The notes under the pieces: generated by a model | The model's database searches: none | What the model saw: the letters and a program-made list of their open reading frames with translations, nothing else | What the model was told of the DNA's origin: nothing | Translations under genes and position numbers: made by a program | Assembly (NCBI GenBank): GCA_030603165.1 | Contig: JAUVYH010000002.1 | Location: 1-46,473, forward strand | Origin: Fidelibacterota bacterium | Lineage (GTDB): Bacteria > Fidelibacterota > UBA2242 | Direction: 5' to 3' | Length of the DNA: 46,473 nt | Shown here: one piece after another, positions 27,082 to 38,291 of the stretch | Layout: each line of letters begins with the position of its first letter | Position numbering within the stretch: the stretch's first letter is position 1

Positions 27082-29475
27082 TTGCCAAACCTGACTTTTC
27101 TCACAACCAAAGACCCTGATCGCTCAGACCCGCAATCTGCAAAGAGACGAAAATTCTGGGCGCTTTTCTGGGGCGCCGTGATTATTGTCATTATAGCCTT
27201 ACTTTTTCCGAAAAACCGATACAGCGAATATAATTACAAGATCAACAATATAACTCGATCCGCCGTCATTGCTCCTTTTGATTATCCGATACTGAAATCC
27301 GAAACCGAATTAAGCAATAACCGTAATGATGCTCTCAAAAAGATTCACTTTGTCTTCCTGCAGGATAACGATATTCAGAAAACGGAACTGTCCAATTTGG
27401 AAATCTTTTTTAAAAATATAGAGAAGGTTCGCTCCGCTAAGAAAAAATACGAAGACTCCATAAAGTTGCTGGACCGCTACCGCTATTCCAAACGGTATGA
27501 CGAGATTCTGTCGATGACCCAAACCGATTCAATCTCATATTCAAACATAGCTACTTATTTTCAGGAAAATTATCAGTTCGAAGAAAATTCAATCGTTTAT
27601 ACTCAGCTGATCCTCAATTCGGAAAATCAGAAAGACAATGTTAGCTTCCCCTCTAATTTCTATCCTCCGTTGCGACAGATTTTAAGCAACCTCTACGCTC
27701 AGCTTATTCTTGATATCAGTAAAGAACAAATCATCAGCGATCACATCGCCATTTCACAAAACAATGAAGAACTATTGGTAGATTACGACCAGATACTGAC
27801 ACTGGAAGAAGCCTGGACAAAAGCGAAATTGACGCTGCAGGCTAAATATCCCGAACAGGATTCCAAAGTCATCAATACAGGTTACGAGATTATTGTTAAA
27901 TTTTTAAACCCAAACCTGATTTACCAAAAGGAAAAAACCGAATCCCGTCAGCAGGAAGCGATCAATAAGGTTCCGATCAGCAAGGGTATTATTCTTGAAA
28001 ATGAAAAGATTGTTGACGCAAACACCAAAATAACGCCGGAGATTTACCGAAAGTTGGAATCTCTATCGAAAGACAGAGCCCGCCAGGCAAATATTCGCGG
28101 TGGCATCCGGAAAAGTCTTCCATTAATCGGCGATCCCATCATCTTCATCGGACAAATCTTATTGGTGTCGATCATTGCATCATTCTTTATTACATTTCTA
28201 CTTTCGTATAGGCGCTCAATTCTCAGAGACCCAAAAATGGTCGTACTCCTGGGAATCATTTTCGTCATTCAGTCGCTGTTTACAGTATTATTTGTACAAA
28301 AATTTAACATTTCCGAATTTGTCATTCCCATCACTATCGCAGCAATGATGCTGACAATACTTTTTGACAGCAAGATTGCTTTCGTCGGAGCCGCAACCAT
28401 AACCATGATTGTAGGCGCTCAATTGCATGGTAGCCTCAATTTTATAATTACATCGGTTTTTGTGAATTCCTTTGCTATTTATTCAGTACGCAAGCTGCGC
28501 AAACGAAGTCAGCTTTTTCAATCCATCATTTATATTCTGCTGGGTTATCTGATCGCCATCAGCGTTACCGAATTATTAAGATACTCGTCCGTTCAGGAAA
28601 TGACAAACAATCTTCTATACGCAGGCATAAACGGTTTACTGTCGCCGTTTCTCACCTATGGAATCATCAGTCTGCTGGAAGGAATTTTTGGGATCACAAC
28701 CGATTTGACCCTCCTGGAATTAGCCGATTTCAATCATCCGTTACTGAAATCATTATCCAAAGAAGCAACCGGAACGTTCACGCACAGCGTAACTGTTGGC
28801 AATCTCACCGAAGCCGCCGCCGATGCTGTTGGTGCAAATGCTTTACAGGCTCGTGTCGGCGCCTATTATCATGACATCGGCAAAATCACCAAACCCGAAT
28901 ATTTTGTCGAAAATCAATCCTACAACATCAATAAACACGATAATCTTGCTCCAAACCTGAGCGCACTGATCATTATTAATCACATAAAAGAAGGTATTCG
29001 CTTAGCTAAAGAATATAAACTTCCTAAAGCAATTATAGATTTCATATCCACTCATCATGGGACTACCCGGGTTGAATATTTTTATAATAGAGCAATGAAA
29101 CAGTCTGACAGCGACACGCTTATTAATGAATCCGATTTCCAATATCCCGGTCCCAAACCCCGTACCAAAGAAACCGGAGTTTTAATGATTTGTGAATCAA
29201 TCGAGGCTGCTACCCGCTCTCTCGAAAAACCCACTGTAGGAAATATCGAAAAAATTATTGACCAGATAATTGAAAAACGACTTAAGGAAGGGCAACTGGA
29301 TGAATGTCCGCTGACTCTTGCTGATCTCAATAAAATCAAAGGTGATATAAAGTCAAATACAGGCATTATGCCGATTCTGAAAGGTCTTCACCACCTCCGT
29401 GTCGAGTACCCGGGACAGGAAAAGAAGATTCCTTCGAAACCGGCAAAAGCAAAATCCAAACAACCCGGTTCTTAA
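27082..29475 (+). CDS. pgpH: 7TM-receptor/HD-domain phosphohydrolase (PgpH/YqfF-like, probable cyclic-di-AMP phosphodiesterase)
   Basis: One N-terminal TM, an extracellular region, a 7-helix block and then the HD domain (HSVTVGNL...YYHDIGK...THHG). TTG start. Classic position upstream of ybeY. Confidence 0.8.
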   Translation: MPNLTFLTTKDPDRSDPQSAKRRKFWALFWGAVIIVIIALLFPKNRYSEYNYKINNITRSAVIAPFDYPILKSETELSNNRNDALKKIHFVFLQDNDIQKTELSNLEIFFKNIEKVRSAKKKYEDSIKLLDRYRYSKRYDEILSMTQTDSISYSNIATYFQENYQFEENSIVYTQLILNSENQKDNVSFPSNFYPPLRQILSNLYAQLILDISKEQIISDHIAISQNNEELLVDYDQILTLEEAWTKAKLTLQAKYPEQDSKVINTGYEIIVKFLNPNLIYQKEKTESRQQEAINKVPISKGIILENEKIVDANTKITPEIYRKLESLSKDRARQANIRGGIRKSLPLIGDPIIFIGQILLVSIIASFFITFLLSYRRSILRDPKMVVLLGIIFVIQSLFTVLFVQKFNISEFVIPITIAAMMLTILFDSKIAFVGAATITMIVGAQLHGSLNFIITSVFVNSFAIYSVRKLRKRSQLFQSIIYILLGYLIAISVTELLRYSSVQEMTNNLLYAGINGLLSPFLTYGIISLLEGIFGITTDLTLLELADFNHPLLKSLSKEATGTFTHSVTVGNLTEAAADAVGANALQARVGAYYHDIGKITKPEYFVENQSYNINKHDNLAPNLSALIIINHIKEGIRLAKEYKLPKAIIDFISTHHGTTRVEYFYNRAMKQSDSDTLINESDFQYPGPKPRTKETGVLMICESIEAATRSLEKPTVGNIEKIIDQIIEKRLKEGQLDECPLTLADLNKIKGDIKSNTGIMPILKGLHHLRVEYPGQEKKIPSKPAKAKSKQPGS

Positions 29476-29924
29476 TGTCACTCGTCTCCATCATTAATAA
29501 TTACCCGGAATTCCAACTATTATCACCGGCAACTAAATCTATTATTGATACTGTTGCGAAGGAAGAAAATGTGTCTTTCTCTCGCGTTACTATAATTGCA
29601 GCCGGCGATCCGATGTTAAATCGCCTGAAGAAAAAATATTTCCATGATGATGTTCTCACCGACACGATCAGTTTTAATTTTAACAAGCCCGGCGAGGCAA
29701 TTGAGGGAGAAATTTATATCAGCATCGACAGAATTAAAGATAATGCCCGGCGCTTTAATAATACTTTCCAGCAGGAATTGATCCTTGTTATTATACACAG
29801 TACTCTTCATTTAATCGGCTATAACGATCAACACCCCGATGAAAAACTGCAAATGGAGCGCTTACAACAACGTTATCTGCATCAAATACATGTCAAGCGC
29901 TTGTTCAGAGTGCTGAAGAAATAA
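29475..29924 (+). CDS. ybeY: rRNA maturation endoribonuclease YbeY
   Basis: Zinc motif region HSTLHLIGYNDQH and a size of 149 aa. TAATG overlap with pgpH. Confidence 0.85.
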   Translation: MSLVSIINNYPEFQLLSPATKSIIDTVAKEENVSFSRVTIIAAGDPMLNRLKKKYFHDDVLTDTISFNFNKPGEAIEGEIYISIDRIKDNARRFNNTFQQELILVIIHSTLHLIGYNDQHPDEKLQMERLQQRYLHQIHVKRLFRVLKK

Positions 29925-29927
29925 ACT

Positions 29928-30725
29928 ATGTCTGATAATTCTACGCTTTGTAATGAATTAGCCAAACTGATAGAAATCGTCAGGACTCTGCGCGGTCCAT
30001 CGGGATGTGAGTGGGATCGGGCACAGACCGCCACATCATTATCGCCTTATTTCCTGGAAGAAGCTCACGAAACCATTGAAGCCATTCATGAAAATGACCA
30101 CCAAAAATTAAAAGAAGAACTGGGCGATCTATTATTACATATTGTCTTTCAGTCGGAAATTGCCGAAGAAAACAAGCAATTTTGTCTTTCTGACTCCATT
30201 CGTAATATCAGTGAAAAATTAGTACGGAGACATCCCCACGTCTTTGGCGATGTAAATGTCAAGAACGTTAAAGAGATCAAACAGAACTGGGAAGAGATCA
30301 AGTTAAAAGAAGGTCGTGATTCCCTGATGGAAGGACTACCCAAAACCCTTCCCGCTCTACTGTTAGCCCGTCGAATTCAGGAAAGAGCTGCCGAGGTCGG
30401 CTTTGACTGGGATAAAATTGATCTCGTTTGGGAAAAAGTGCATGAGGAGCTGGATGAATTAAAGGACGCCTTAAAACTATCGGATGATAAAAATATTAAA
30501 CTTGAGTTTGGTGATCTTCTTTTTTCCCTGGTAAATCTTTCACGTTTTCTAAATATAAATCCCGAAGAGGCGTTACATTCCACATCAAAAAAATTTATTA
30601 GACGGTTCCAGTATATCGAAAAAGAACTGGCTGCAAAAAATATTAAGCTTAAAGATGCGACCCTAAAAGAGATGGATCATCTCTGGAACCAAACCCGATC
30701 CGAAGACAATACATCATCATCCTGA
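29928..30725 (+). CDS. mazG: nucleoside triphosphate pyrophosphohydrolase MazG (tandem MazG domains)
   Basis: LRGPSGCEWDRAQT..SL.PYFLEEAHE..EAI plus a second EExxE-type repeat (VHEELDELKDA...EFGDLLF). Confidence 0.85.
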   Translation: MSDNSTLCNELAKLIEIVRTLRGPSGCEWDRAQTATSLSPYFLEEAHETIEAIHENDHQKLKEELGDLLLHIVFQSEIAEENKQFCLSDSIRNISEKLVRRHPHVFGDVNVKNVKEIKQNWEEIKLKEGRDSLMEGLPKTLPALLLARRIQERAAEVGFDWDKIDLVWEKVHEELDELKDALKLSDDKNIKLEFGDLLFSLVNLSRFLNINPEEALHSTSKKFIRRFQYIEKELAAKNIKLKDATLKEMDHLWNQTRSEDNTSSS

Positions 30726-30862
30726 ATACATTCCCGAAATATTTTAACTATTTAGAATCTGTCTATAAATTATAATACTATGATAATAAAGAAGATATGC
30801 GTTGATAAAATAAAAATACTTTTGTATATTATCCTATAGAAAAGGAGGATAATGTAGATAAA

Positions 30863-31105
30863 TTGTTTAACGAGTTAACGCTTAAATTTGAAAAAGCAGA
30901 CTGGGCTAATAATCCTGAATTCGGTCTTATAGACGTAATTTTAGAGGAGCATCCTGAGTATTATGATATTTTTAATGATGATATTAGGCAGGGTTGTAAA
31001 TATAGTGAATTTGGTCGAAAAGATACTCCTACGTTTGAACAGATTGTTCGTGCAGCGATATACAAAGAGGTGAAGAAGTTGGATTACAGAGAATTGAAAC
31101 TATAA
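30863..31105 (+). pseudogene. truncated transposase N-terminal fragment (DUF772 / IS5-like InsH N-terminal domain)
   Basis: ...GRKDTPTFEQIVRAAIYKEVKKLDYRELKL* resembles the DUF772 segment of IS5/ISNCY-type transposases. It is only 80 aa, has a TTG start, no DDE domain follows, and I saw no terminal repeats. Confidence 0.5.
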
Positions 31106-31445
31106 ATATTATTCTCAACAAATTCATTAATCAACCTTTTTAATTTATTTTTTAAAATATCAGAATAACAAGATAAATATCACGATATAACTATTATATC
31201 CAAATTGTAGTGGAATAGCATTTAACCTAATCTAGACAAGCCAGAACCAATAAATGACAAAATTGTATAAACGCAGAGGCACAGAGGACGCAGAGAATTA
31301 TTAAATGTATAACAAACATATATCCAAAATTTTTCCTTAAAAGATAATAGGAGCAGACAAAGCGTTTTTTACTTTAAAAGAAATGATGGATAAACGTTAT
31401 GCTAAACTATCCCAAGCACAATTTACTTGACACTATCAGAAAATG

Positions 31446-32333
31446 TCATCTCTTCCATGGTGGACTTTCTGGGAGAAGTTTTTCGAATTCTTCCAATAAT
31501 GTACTTTCATATTCCACGGTGTATTCACCATTTAAAAACTTATCAGAGCCTTCTTTACAGAATAACTCCCAGGATTCCTCTTCCTTTGAAGGATTAATAG
31601 GAAAAAAGTGAGCATTATATGTCTTCGCTGCTTTCATATCATCCGGTGCATCACCTATCATCAGTACATGATCTTCGGAATATTTTCCATTTGAGGCTAA
31701 ATTAATATGTTCCTTTTTGCTTCCTATTTCCTGACCGGCAATTACTCTGACATACTTCGTCATATCATGTTCTTCCCATTCCCTCTGTAATGCTTCACAA
31801 GGAGTGGCAGAACATACAATAATATCCGCCCACTGAGAAATCTTTTCTAAACTCTCGCAAACAAATGGGAATGGCGGTACTCCATGAACCATATTTGCCA
31901 CAGTAGCATTAACTGCTTCACTCCATTCTAATGCTTGCTCGAGAATAGGATTACTATTTTTCTCTACTTCAGTTTTAAGTGCAGGATTACCCAGTTTTGT
32001 CTCTTTTACAATCCAATCTCGCAGTGGCTGAGCAACCGGGATTTCCACTCTGCGTTTTTGCACTTCTACTCTTTCTCTCAGTAGATCGAATACCTTAATA
32101 AGAGCTGGGAAACGATTTATCCCTCTCCATTTTGAATAAAGATTTACAAATTCAGCCGCCTCTCGGGCATGCTTAGAAACTGGTTGCAAATTCCAATATT
32201 TAATTATATTTGGAATAAAGCACTCCTTATGTTTGATCTCCATCGTATCAAATGCACATCCGTCAGAATCAATTGCTATTAAAAAATCGTGTTTGGGTTT
32301 CATGTTACGTAATTCAGCCTGGGGATCAGCCAT
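31446..32333 (-). CDS. HAD-superfamily hydrolase (probable sugar-phosphate phosphatase)
   Basis: Motif I IAIDSDGCAFD (DxDG), motif IV MIGDAPDD and a large cap region. Confidence 0.7.
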   Translation of the reverse strand: MADPQAELRNMKPKHDFLIAIDSDGCAFDTMEIKHKECFIPNIIKYWNLQPVSKHAREAAEFVNLYSKWRGINRFPALIKVFDLLRERVEVQKRRVEIPVAQPLRDWIVKETKLGNPALKTEVEKNSNPILEQALEWSEAVNATVANMVHGVPPFPFVCESLEKISQWADIIVCSATPCEALQREWEEHDMTKYVRVIAGQEIGSKKEHINLASNGKYSEDHVLMIGDAPDDMKAAKTYNAHFFPINPSKEEESWELFCKEGSDKFLNGEYTVEYESTLLEEFEKLLPESPPWKR

Positions 32334-32345
32334 TTTTAACTCCTT

Positions 32346-33644
32346 TCATTGTATTTTTCTATAAGCTTGTGGTACATATTTGTCTAACTTCTGCTCCGCA
32401 AATATTTTATCGAACCGTGCAAACCGCTGCCTACCATTAACAATAGGTACACTTACCCAATCTTCACCAATTAATGGTCTGGCGTAACATATAAAATCAT
32501 CAGTAACATCAATTCTATTGGATGTTATCCAGTTTTTTGGGAATTCTCTTTCTGAGTTAGCTACCAGATCAAGTGGTACTTTATCATAGTCAACATTATA
32601 AATCAAACCTGGTTTTCGCAATATTGTAGCCATATAGCCAGAGCCTTCTTCAACCGCTATTAAAACAGCTTTTTGACCTACTTTATATGCCTCATCTAAA
32701 TCCATAGTAGAAGCATAAATCATTGTATCTCGCTGATCAGTACCTACCACTTGTCCTCTGGCAGAGCCTCTGGCTTTTAAGCCAACTTTATTCAAATGAT
32801 TTACAATGATTTGCTGAACAGTAAGTGAACTGGAACTGAATGCTGTATGTCCGAATGAGTCTTTTATTTCTCCTATATTACCGACGTCAAAACCTTCACT
32901 AACTACAACAATAAGTCTTCCGCTTCTTTTCAATTCATCATTTACATTATCCGTAAGTTCTTTAAGTGTTACTCCTGACTCTGGCATATAGATCTGTAAA
33001 GGCATTTCTCTATTAGGATCACCAAGTCGGGCTGCTGCGGGTATAAAACCAATTCGCCTGCCCATTACCTGAATTACAAGCACAGGGTCAGAAGGAGAAG
33101 AGCCTCTGTTTTCCTCATTAGCATTTTGAATATTATATGCCCAATAACGTGCAACACTGCCATAACCGGGAGTATGATCAATTAACTTAAATTCAGAATC
33201 ACCAACATCATTATCAATTGTTTTAGATACACCGGTCGCAATTAGATCTAATCCCTTTTCGTGAGCAAGTTTTGCCAGTTTGTTTGCTGTATCCATAGAA
33301 TCATTGCCGCCTATATAGAAAAAGTATCCAACGTTATGGACTTCAAATACTTCAATAGAACGATTAAAATCTTCTTCTTGGTGACTCTTTAATTTGTATC
33401 TGCAAGTTCCTATTGAACCAGCAGCAGGAGTAGTACGCAAAAGAGAAATTTCTTCTTCTCTTTGCATGGATATGTCAATTAATTCTTCTTTTAATATTCC
33501 TTCAATCCCGTGCCAGCCACCATAAAGTTTTTCAAATTTACCTGGAAACATCTTACAAGTTTCTATAATTCCTCTTAATGAATTATTTATAACCGGTGAA
33601 GGACCTCCTGATTGCGCAATAACAACATTTTTATTTTCTGCCAT
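32346..33644 (-). CDS. phosphofructokinase-family enzyme, probably PPi-dependent
   Basis: SGGPSPVINN, YIGGNDSMDTA and GVSKTIDNDV. A Lys in the (P/S)KTIDND block is the signature I associate with PPi-PFKs (ATP-PFKs have PGTIDND). The GGNDS variant is atypical. Confidence 0.7.
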   Translation of the reverse strand: MAENKNVVIAQSGGPSPVINNSLRGIIETCKMFPGKFEKLYGGWHGIEGILKEELIDISMQREEEISLLRTTPAAGSIGTCRYKLKSHQEEDFNRSIEVFEVHNVGYFFYIGGNDSMDTANKLAKLAHEKGLDLIATGVSKTIDNDVGDSEFKLIDHTPGYGSVARYWAYNIQNANEENRGSSPSDPVLVIQVMGRRIGFIPAAARLGDPNREMPLQIYMPESGVTLKELTDNVNDELKRSGRLIVVVSEGFDVGNIGEIKDSFGHTAFSSSSLTVQQIIVNHLNKVGLKARGSARGQVVGTDQRDTMIYASTMDLDEAYKVGQKAVLIAVEEGSGYMATILRKPGLIYNVDYDKVPLDLVANSEREFPKNWITSNRIDVTDDFICYARPLIGEDWVSVPIVNGRQRFARFDKIFAEQKLDKYVPQAYRKIQ

Positions 33645-33659
33645 ATAACCTCCATAATT

Positions 33660-34931
33660 TTAAAACGGATCATTCTTTAATTTATATAACGTTTCACCCG
33701 CTTTAGGAACATACAGTATTCCTTCATCTTCTCTACCTTTCCAATCTTCTATATTTATACTATTCGGATCACAATATCCCATATTGATCTCTTTACATAC
33801 ATTTTCTGGAATCTGTGTGGATAAAATCACCTTTATCCGTGGCTTTTCTATTCCACTTTCAAATGTTCCAACACCCTTTACATGAGTTAAATGAGCCATA
33901 ACACCTCCTGGAATGTCTTTGAATCTATCCATCTGCTTTACGAAATAATCCCTAATATGATAACCAATTTTTCTTATAATTTTACCATGAGTTACAGATA
34001 TCTCCTTGATGTGAGGTGCATATATAATAAGTTCTCCCACGTCCTCAACAACTGGCTCGAGTTTATACATGCATTTTCCACCTGTCCAGAGATCATCATA
34101 CATTGCAGGGGCGCATGACAGAACCTTCTTAAAAGGGTGATCTTTGTAAATAATATGAAGTTTTGCAGATAAGTTCGCAGCCTTGTCCCATGCTTCCTCG
34201 GGAGTACCAATATATAATCCTGCCAGATCCTTACCTTTAACAACCAGACTCAAGCACATTTTCTCAGTATCAATTAATGAAGCGGCTTTGTCAATAACTT
34301 TCCTCACCGGTGTATACTTCTTCCCAATGATCATAGGACTTGTAATTAAAGCACCCAGCCAGTGAAACATATCGATTATTTCCTGACCGGCAATTCCGGG
34401 AAATAGGTATTTATTTCCACCGGAAAAACCCACCACTTCATGTGGAAAGGTCGGACCAATTATGACAAGTAAATCATAATTGAAAATCATTTTATTAATG
34501 ACAATATCCACCTTCTGGCGCATCAGTCCATTGGAAATTTCTTCAACTTCTTTTTCAGCTATAGTCCCTATGAGACGCAATTGATTGCGATCTTTCCAAT
34601 GGTGATTGAAAAAACATGCTTTAGAATATTTCGTATTCCGTTCATCTTTTGTAATTCCAACTCTTTTGTTAATTGCTTCATCACTCATTGGTGGATGAGT
34701 CCCTAAGGCTACTAGAAAATCCAAAGTCTTAACTCTATCTGAGAGCAAATCATAAATTATTTTAAAAATCATATCAATCGGAGCCGTTCTGGTATGATCC
34801 GGTATGATGAATAGTAAACGTTTACTATCAACTCGTTTAGTTTCAAAAGCTTCACTACAGAGCTTGAAAACCTCTATCTCTGATAGCGTTCTTTTAGTAT
34901 AACTTTTACCTATTAACATTTTGTTTATCAA
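33660..34931 (-). CDS. LarA-family (DUF2088, nickel-pincer-cofactor dependent racemase/epimerase-like) protein
   Basis: [20 protein letters not shown] and [17 protein letters not shown] match, from memory, the LarA N-terminal-domain blocks, including the GGxK lysine that tethers the NPN cofactor. Confidence 0.65.
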   Translation of the reverse strand: MINKMLIGKSYTKRTLSEIEVFKLCSEAFETKRVDSKRLLFIIPDHTRTAPIDMIFKIIYDLLSDRVKTLDFLVALGTHPPMSDEAINKRVGITKDERNTKYSKACFFNHHWKDRNQLRLIGTIAEKEVEEISNGLMRQKVDIVINKMIFNYDLLVIIGPTFPHEVVGFSGGNKYLFPGIAGQEIIDMFHWLGALITSPMIIGKKYTPVRKVIDKAASLIDTEKMCLSLVVKGKDLAGLYIGTPEEAWDKAANLSAKLHIIYKDHPFKKVLSCAPAMYDDLWTGGKCMYKLEPVVEDVGELIIYAPHIKEISVTHGKIIRKIGYHIRDYFVKQMDRFKDIPGGVMAHLTHVKGVGTFESGIEKPRIKVILSTQIPENVCKEINMGYCDPNSINIEDWKGREDEGILYVPKAGETLYKLKNDPF

Positions 34932-36349
34932 TCATCCAGCCACTTTGTGTGGAAAAATTCGCCTCTGGGTTTATCTACTCGCTCATAAGTATGAGCACCA
35001 AAATAATCACGCTGTGCCTGTAGTAAATTCGCCGGTAATCTCTCACTCCTATAGCTATCATAATAAGCCAAAGCGCTACTGAAAGCAGGCATAGGTATAC
35101 CTAATTCAATTGCTTTTGAAACTACTTTACGCCAGGCATCTTGATTATTCTCTATAGCTGATTGAAAATAAGGATTGAGCAATAAATTTGATAAATCTGG
35201 GTATTGGTCGTATGCCTCTTTTATTTTTCCAAGAAATTGTGCTCTGATGATACATCCATTTCTCCACATAAGTGCTATTTGTCCAAAATTCAAATCCCAT
35301 CTATATTCTTCAGCAGCCATTCGCATTAGCTGATATCCCTGTGCATACGCACAAACTTTTGAAGCATAAAGTGCTTTGCGAATCATCTCAGTGAATTCTT
35401 TCCTTTCACCTTCAAACTTAGTTTCTGGACCGGGAAGTACCTTTGATGCCTCTAATCTTTCTTCTTTTATTGCACTCATGAATCTAGCGAATACTGCTTC
35501 CACTATGGTCTGAGCAGGTACACCTATATCTAATGCCGAGTGAGTGGTCCATTTACCAGTTCCTTTCTGACCTGCTGTGTCCAGTATAATATCTACTATA
35601 GGCTTACCTGTTTCTGAATCAAGCTTGCTTAAAATATCACTTGTAATTTCAATGAGATAGCTATTTAATTCGCTTTTATTCCAATCAGTAAATATCTTGC
35701 TCATTTCTTCAGGAGTCATTCTAAGCGCTTTTTTCATTAGAAAATATGATTCGCAAATTATTTGCATGTCACAGTATTCAATACCGTTATGAACCATTTT
35801 TACAAAGTGACCTGCCCCATTATTACTTACCCATTCACAACATGGTGAGCCATCACTAACTTTTGCTGCAATTGCTTGAAATATTGGCTTGACTTGAGGC
35901 CATGCTTCAATTGATCCACCGGGCATTATAGATGGTCCTTTCAGAGCTCCTTCTTCTCCTCCTGAAACACCCGTTCCTATAAATAATAAGCCTTTATCTT
36001 CTAAATTCTTAGTCCGCCTAATTGTATCCATAAAATTACTGTTACCACCATCAATAATAATATCACCTTTGTCTAAATGAGGTATTAGTTTCTCTATAAA
36101 ACTATCTACAGGTTGACCTGCTTTAACCATTAGCATAATCTTACGTGGCTTTTTTAAACTTGAAATCATCTCTTCAATGATGTGACATCCTTTAATATTT
36201 TTACCCTTCGCTCTATTTCCAAGAAATCTATCCACTTTGCTTACTGTTCTATTGAAAACTGCTACTGAAAAGCCATGGCTCTCCATGTTCAAAACTAAAT
36301 TTTCTCCCATTACTGCTAATCCTATAAGTCCAATGTCATACTTATCCAT
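34928..36349 (-). CDS. gnd: 6-phosphogluconate dehydrogenase, decarboxylating
   Basis: [56 protein letters not shown] and [13 protein letters not shown]. Confidence 0.92.
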   Translation of the reverse strand: MDKYDIGLIGLAVMGENLVLNMESHGFSVAVFNRTVSKVDRFLGNRAKGKNIKGCHIIEEMISSLKKPRKIMLMVKAGQPVDSFIEKLIPHLDKGDIIIDGGNSNFMDTIRRTKNLEDKGLLFIGTGVSGGEEGALKGPSIMPGGSIEAWPQVKPIFQAIAAKVSDGSPCCEWVSNNGAGHFVKMVHNGIEYCDMQIICESYFLMKKALRMTPEEMSKIFTDWNKSELNSYLIEITSDILSKLDSETGKPIVDIILDTAGQKGTGKWTTHSALDIGVPAQTIVEAVFARFMSAIKEERLEASKVLPGPETKFEGERKEFTEMIRKALYASKVCAYAQGYQLMRMAAEEYRWDLNFGQIALMWRNGCIIRAQFLGKIKEAYDQYPDLSNLLLNPYFQSAIENNQDAWRKVVSKAIELGIPMPAFSSALAYYDSYRSERLPANLLQAQRDYFGAHTYERVDKPRGEFFHTKWLDD

Positions 36350-36372
36350 GTTTATCTCCTTCTTTTAATAAT

Positions 36373-37206
36373 TTAAACACCACTATATGCTGAGAATCCT
36401 CCATCAATAGGAACGACAATACCCGTAACAAATGACGAAGCTGATGAAAGTAACAATAGTGTGATACCAATCAAATCCTTCGGATCACCATAACGTCCCA
36501 TAGGAGTATGCTCAATTATCTTTTTACCTCTTGGAGTTATCTTTCCTGTCTTCTCATCTAGAAGTAAATATTGATTCTGCTGTGTTAATAAAAATCCCGG
36601 AGCTATTGCATTTACTCGAATTTTGGGAGAATATTCCTGAGACATGTGAACTGCCAACCATTGAGTAAAATTGCTCACAGCGGCCTTTGCAGCTGAATAC
36701 GCAGGAATCCGTGTTAGTGGTTGTAACGCATTCATGGATGATATATTCAGAATTATGCCTTCACCTTGTTCTGCCATAATTTTACCTATAACCTGACATG
36801 GTATAATCGTTCCGAGTAGATTGAGATCCGAAGTAAAACGAATCGCTTCAGTCGGTAATTCAAAAAAAGATAGTATCGGGTTAGTGGTTGCATTGGGGTG
36901 ATTGCCGCCCGCAGCATTGATGAGAAAGTCAACTTTTCCATATTTTTCAATAATTTTATTGGTAGCCGCTTCTAAAGAATCTTTATCCAATACATCGGCA
37001 AGAATACAAATTAACTGGTCGGAATATTGGTTTTCTGGATCCACAGTTTTCTGTGCGTTTTCAGAATGAATATCCAAAATCGCCACATTTGAATTACATT
37101 CCAGCAGAATCCTGGCAAACTGTGATCCCAGCACTCCCGCACCACCGGTAATTACAGCGCATTGGTTTTTAAAATCAAATATTTCGGATAAAAAGTTTCT
37201 TGTCAT
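36373..37206 (-). CDS. short-chain dehydrogenase/reductase (sugar-acid oxidoreductase-like)
   Basis: VITGGAGVLGS (TGxxxGxG), NAAGG, SSMNA...YSAAK (S...YxxxK) and a PGF block. Confidence 0.8.
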   Translation of the reverse strand: MTRNFLSEIFDFKNQCAVITGGAGVLGSQFARILLECNSNVAILDIHSENAQKTVDPENQYSDQLICILADVLDKDSLEAATNKIIEKYGKVDFLINAAGGNHPNATTNPILSFFELPTEAIRFTSDLNLLGTIIPCQVIGKIMAEQGEGIILNISSMNALQPLTRIPAYSAAKAAVSNFTQWLAVHMSQEYSPKIRVNAIAPGFLLTQQNQYLLLDEKTGKITPRGKKIIEHTPMGRYGDPKDLIGITLLLLSSASSFVTGIVVPIDGGFSAYSGV

Positions 37207-37514
37207 TTATCTTTCCTCCAAATTTTATTTTTCAATTTTACTAAAACCCAAACAAATGGGGAATTACCATCGTAATTTAAGGAATATAAATAACCAGTAA
37301 TAATGCGATTATCATAGCGAAAAGTAACGGTAATAATATCTCTCATAAAAAATATTAGAAATCTTTAAAAGCATTTGTTTGAAAGAAATCTTCGAATAAG
37401 CAGTTTCCATATATCAACAAAACTAAATACAGTATTTGTTCCACCTATATCAATCTCTAAAAAGGATTCTAATTTATTCTTATTCCTCTTTGGCAAGTGT
37501 TTGCATTCATTTTA

Positions 37515-38291
37515 TTAGATTATTTCCGATGATGAATTACTGTCCAAGTAATAAACAGCATTTTTATGCTTTCTCAAAATCGATGCCGGGCAGTCAATAC
37601 TTATATCTCCGTAAAGAGTACAGTGCACCGCTTTGGCTTTCATTATTCCTGGAACGACCACAAACAGGTATCTGCCCGAGAATAGTGCTGGAACTGTTAA
37701 CGTGATTGCCTGCTCCGGCACATCGTTGATCGAAACAAAACAGCCGTCATTCACCTGCTGTTGCCTGCTTATATGGTCTAATACTACCACCTTTACCCAT
37801 TTGCGATCATGAAAATCTGTGACCGGTGGATCGTTAAAAGCAATATGGCCATTTTCTCCAATTCCCATGCAAATGATATCAATGGGCGCTTTCTGCAACA
37901 GTTCTGCATAACGGTCACATTCGGCTTCTACCTTATCCGGTAGTGGATTCAAATAATGGACCGTTTTAAAGGGAACCTTTTCAAATATCCTTTCTTTCAG
38001 ATAATTACCAAAACGCTGTGGTTCATGTGCACTTAATCCGATATATTCATCCATTTGGAAAGCTATAACTTTTGTCCAATCGACGTCTTCCATTTTTGAG
38101 AGCTCATAGAGTACCTCATTTTGTGATGGGGCCGCGGCAAATATCATTCTAATTTCATCCTGAGCTTTCAGTAATAAGCGAATTCTTTCTGTTACAGCAC
38201 TGGCTGCTGCACGGCCCATGGCTTGTCGGTCCGGATAAATCTCAACCTGTAAATTCTTAATCTGTATCTTTTTAACTAAATTCAGTTTCAT
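37515..38291 (-). CDS. nagB: glucosamine-6-phosphate deaminase
   Basis: IFAAAPSQNE...MDEYIG...MGIGENGHIAFNDP are the characteristic NagB blocks. Confidence 0.85.
   Translation of the reverse strand: MKLNLVKKIQIKNLQVEIYPDRQAMGRAAASAVTERIRLLLKAQDEIRMIFAAAPSQNEVLYELSKMEDVDWTKVIAFQMDEYIGLSAHEPQRFGNYLKERIFEKVPFKTVHYLNPLPDKVEAECDRYAELLQKAPIDIICMGIGENGHIAFNDPPVTDFHDRKWVKVVVLDHISRQQQVNDGCFVSINDVPEQAITLTVPALFSGRYLFVVVPGIMKAKAVHCTLYGDISIDCPASILRKHKNAVYYLDSNSSSEII

Noticed and set aside
31399-31611. 70-aa plus-strand ORF
   Set aside because: It is antisense to the 3' end of the HAD hydrolase gene and has low-complexity serine-rich composition.
37436-37705. 89-aa plus-strand ORF in and next to the nagB 3' end
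   Set aside because: It overlaps nagB in antisense and has no motif or RBS.
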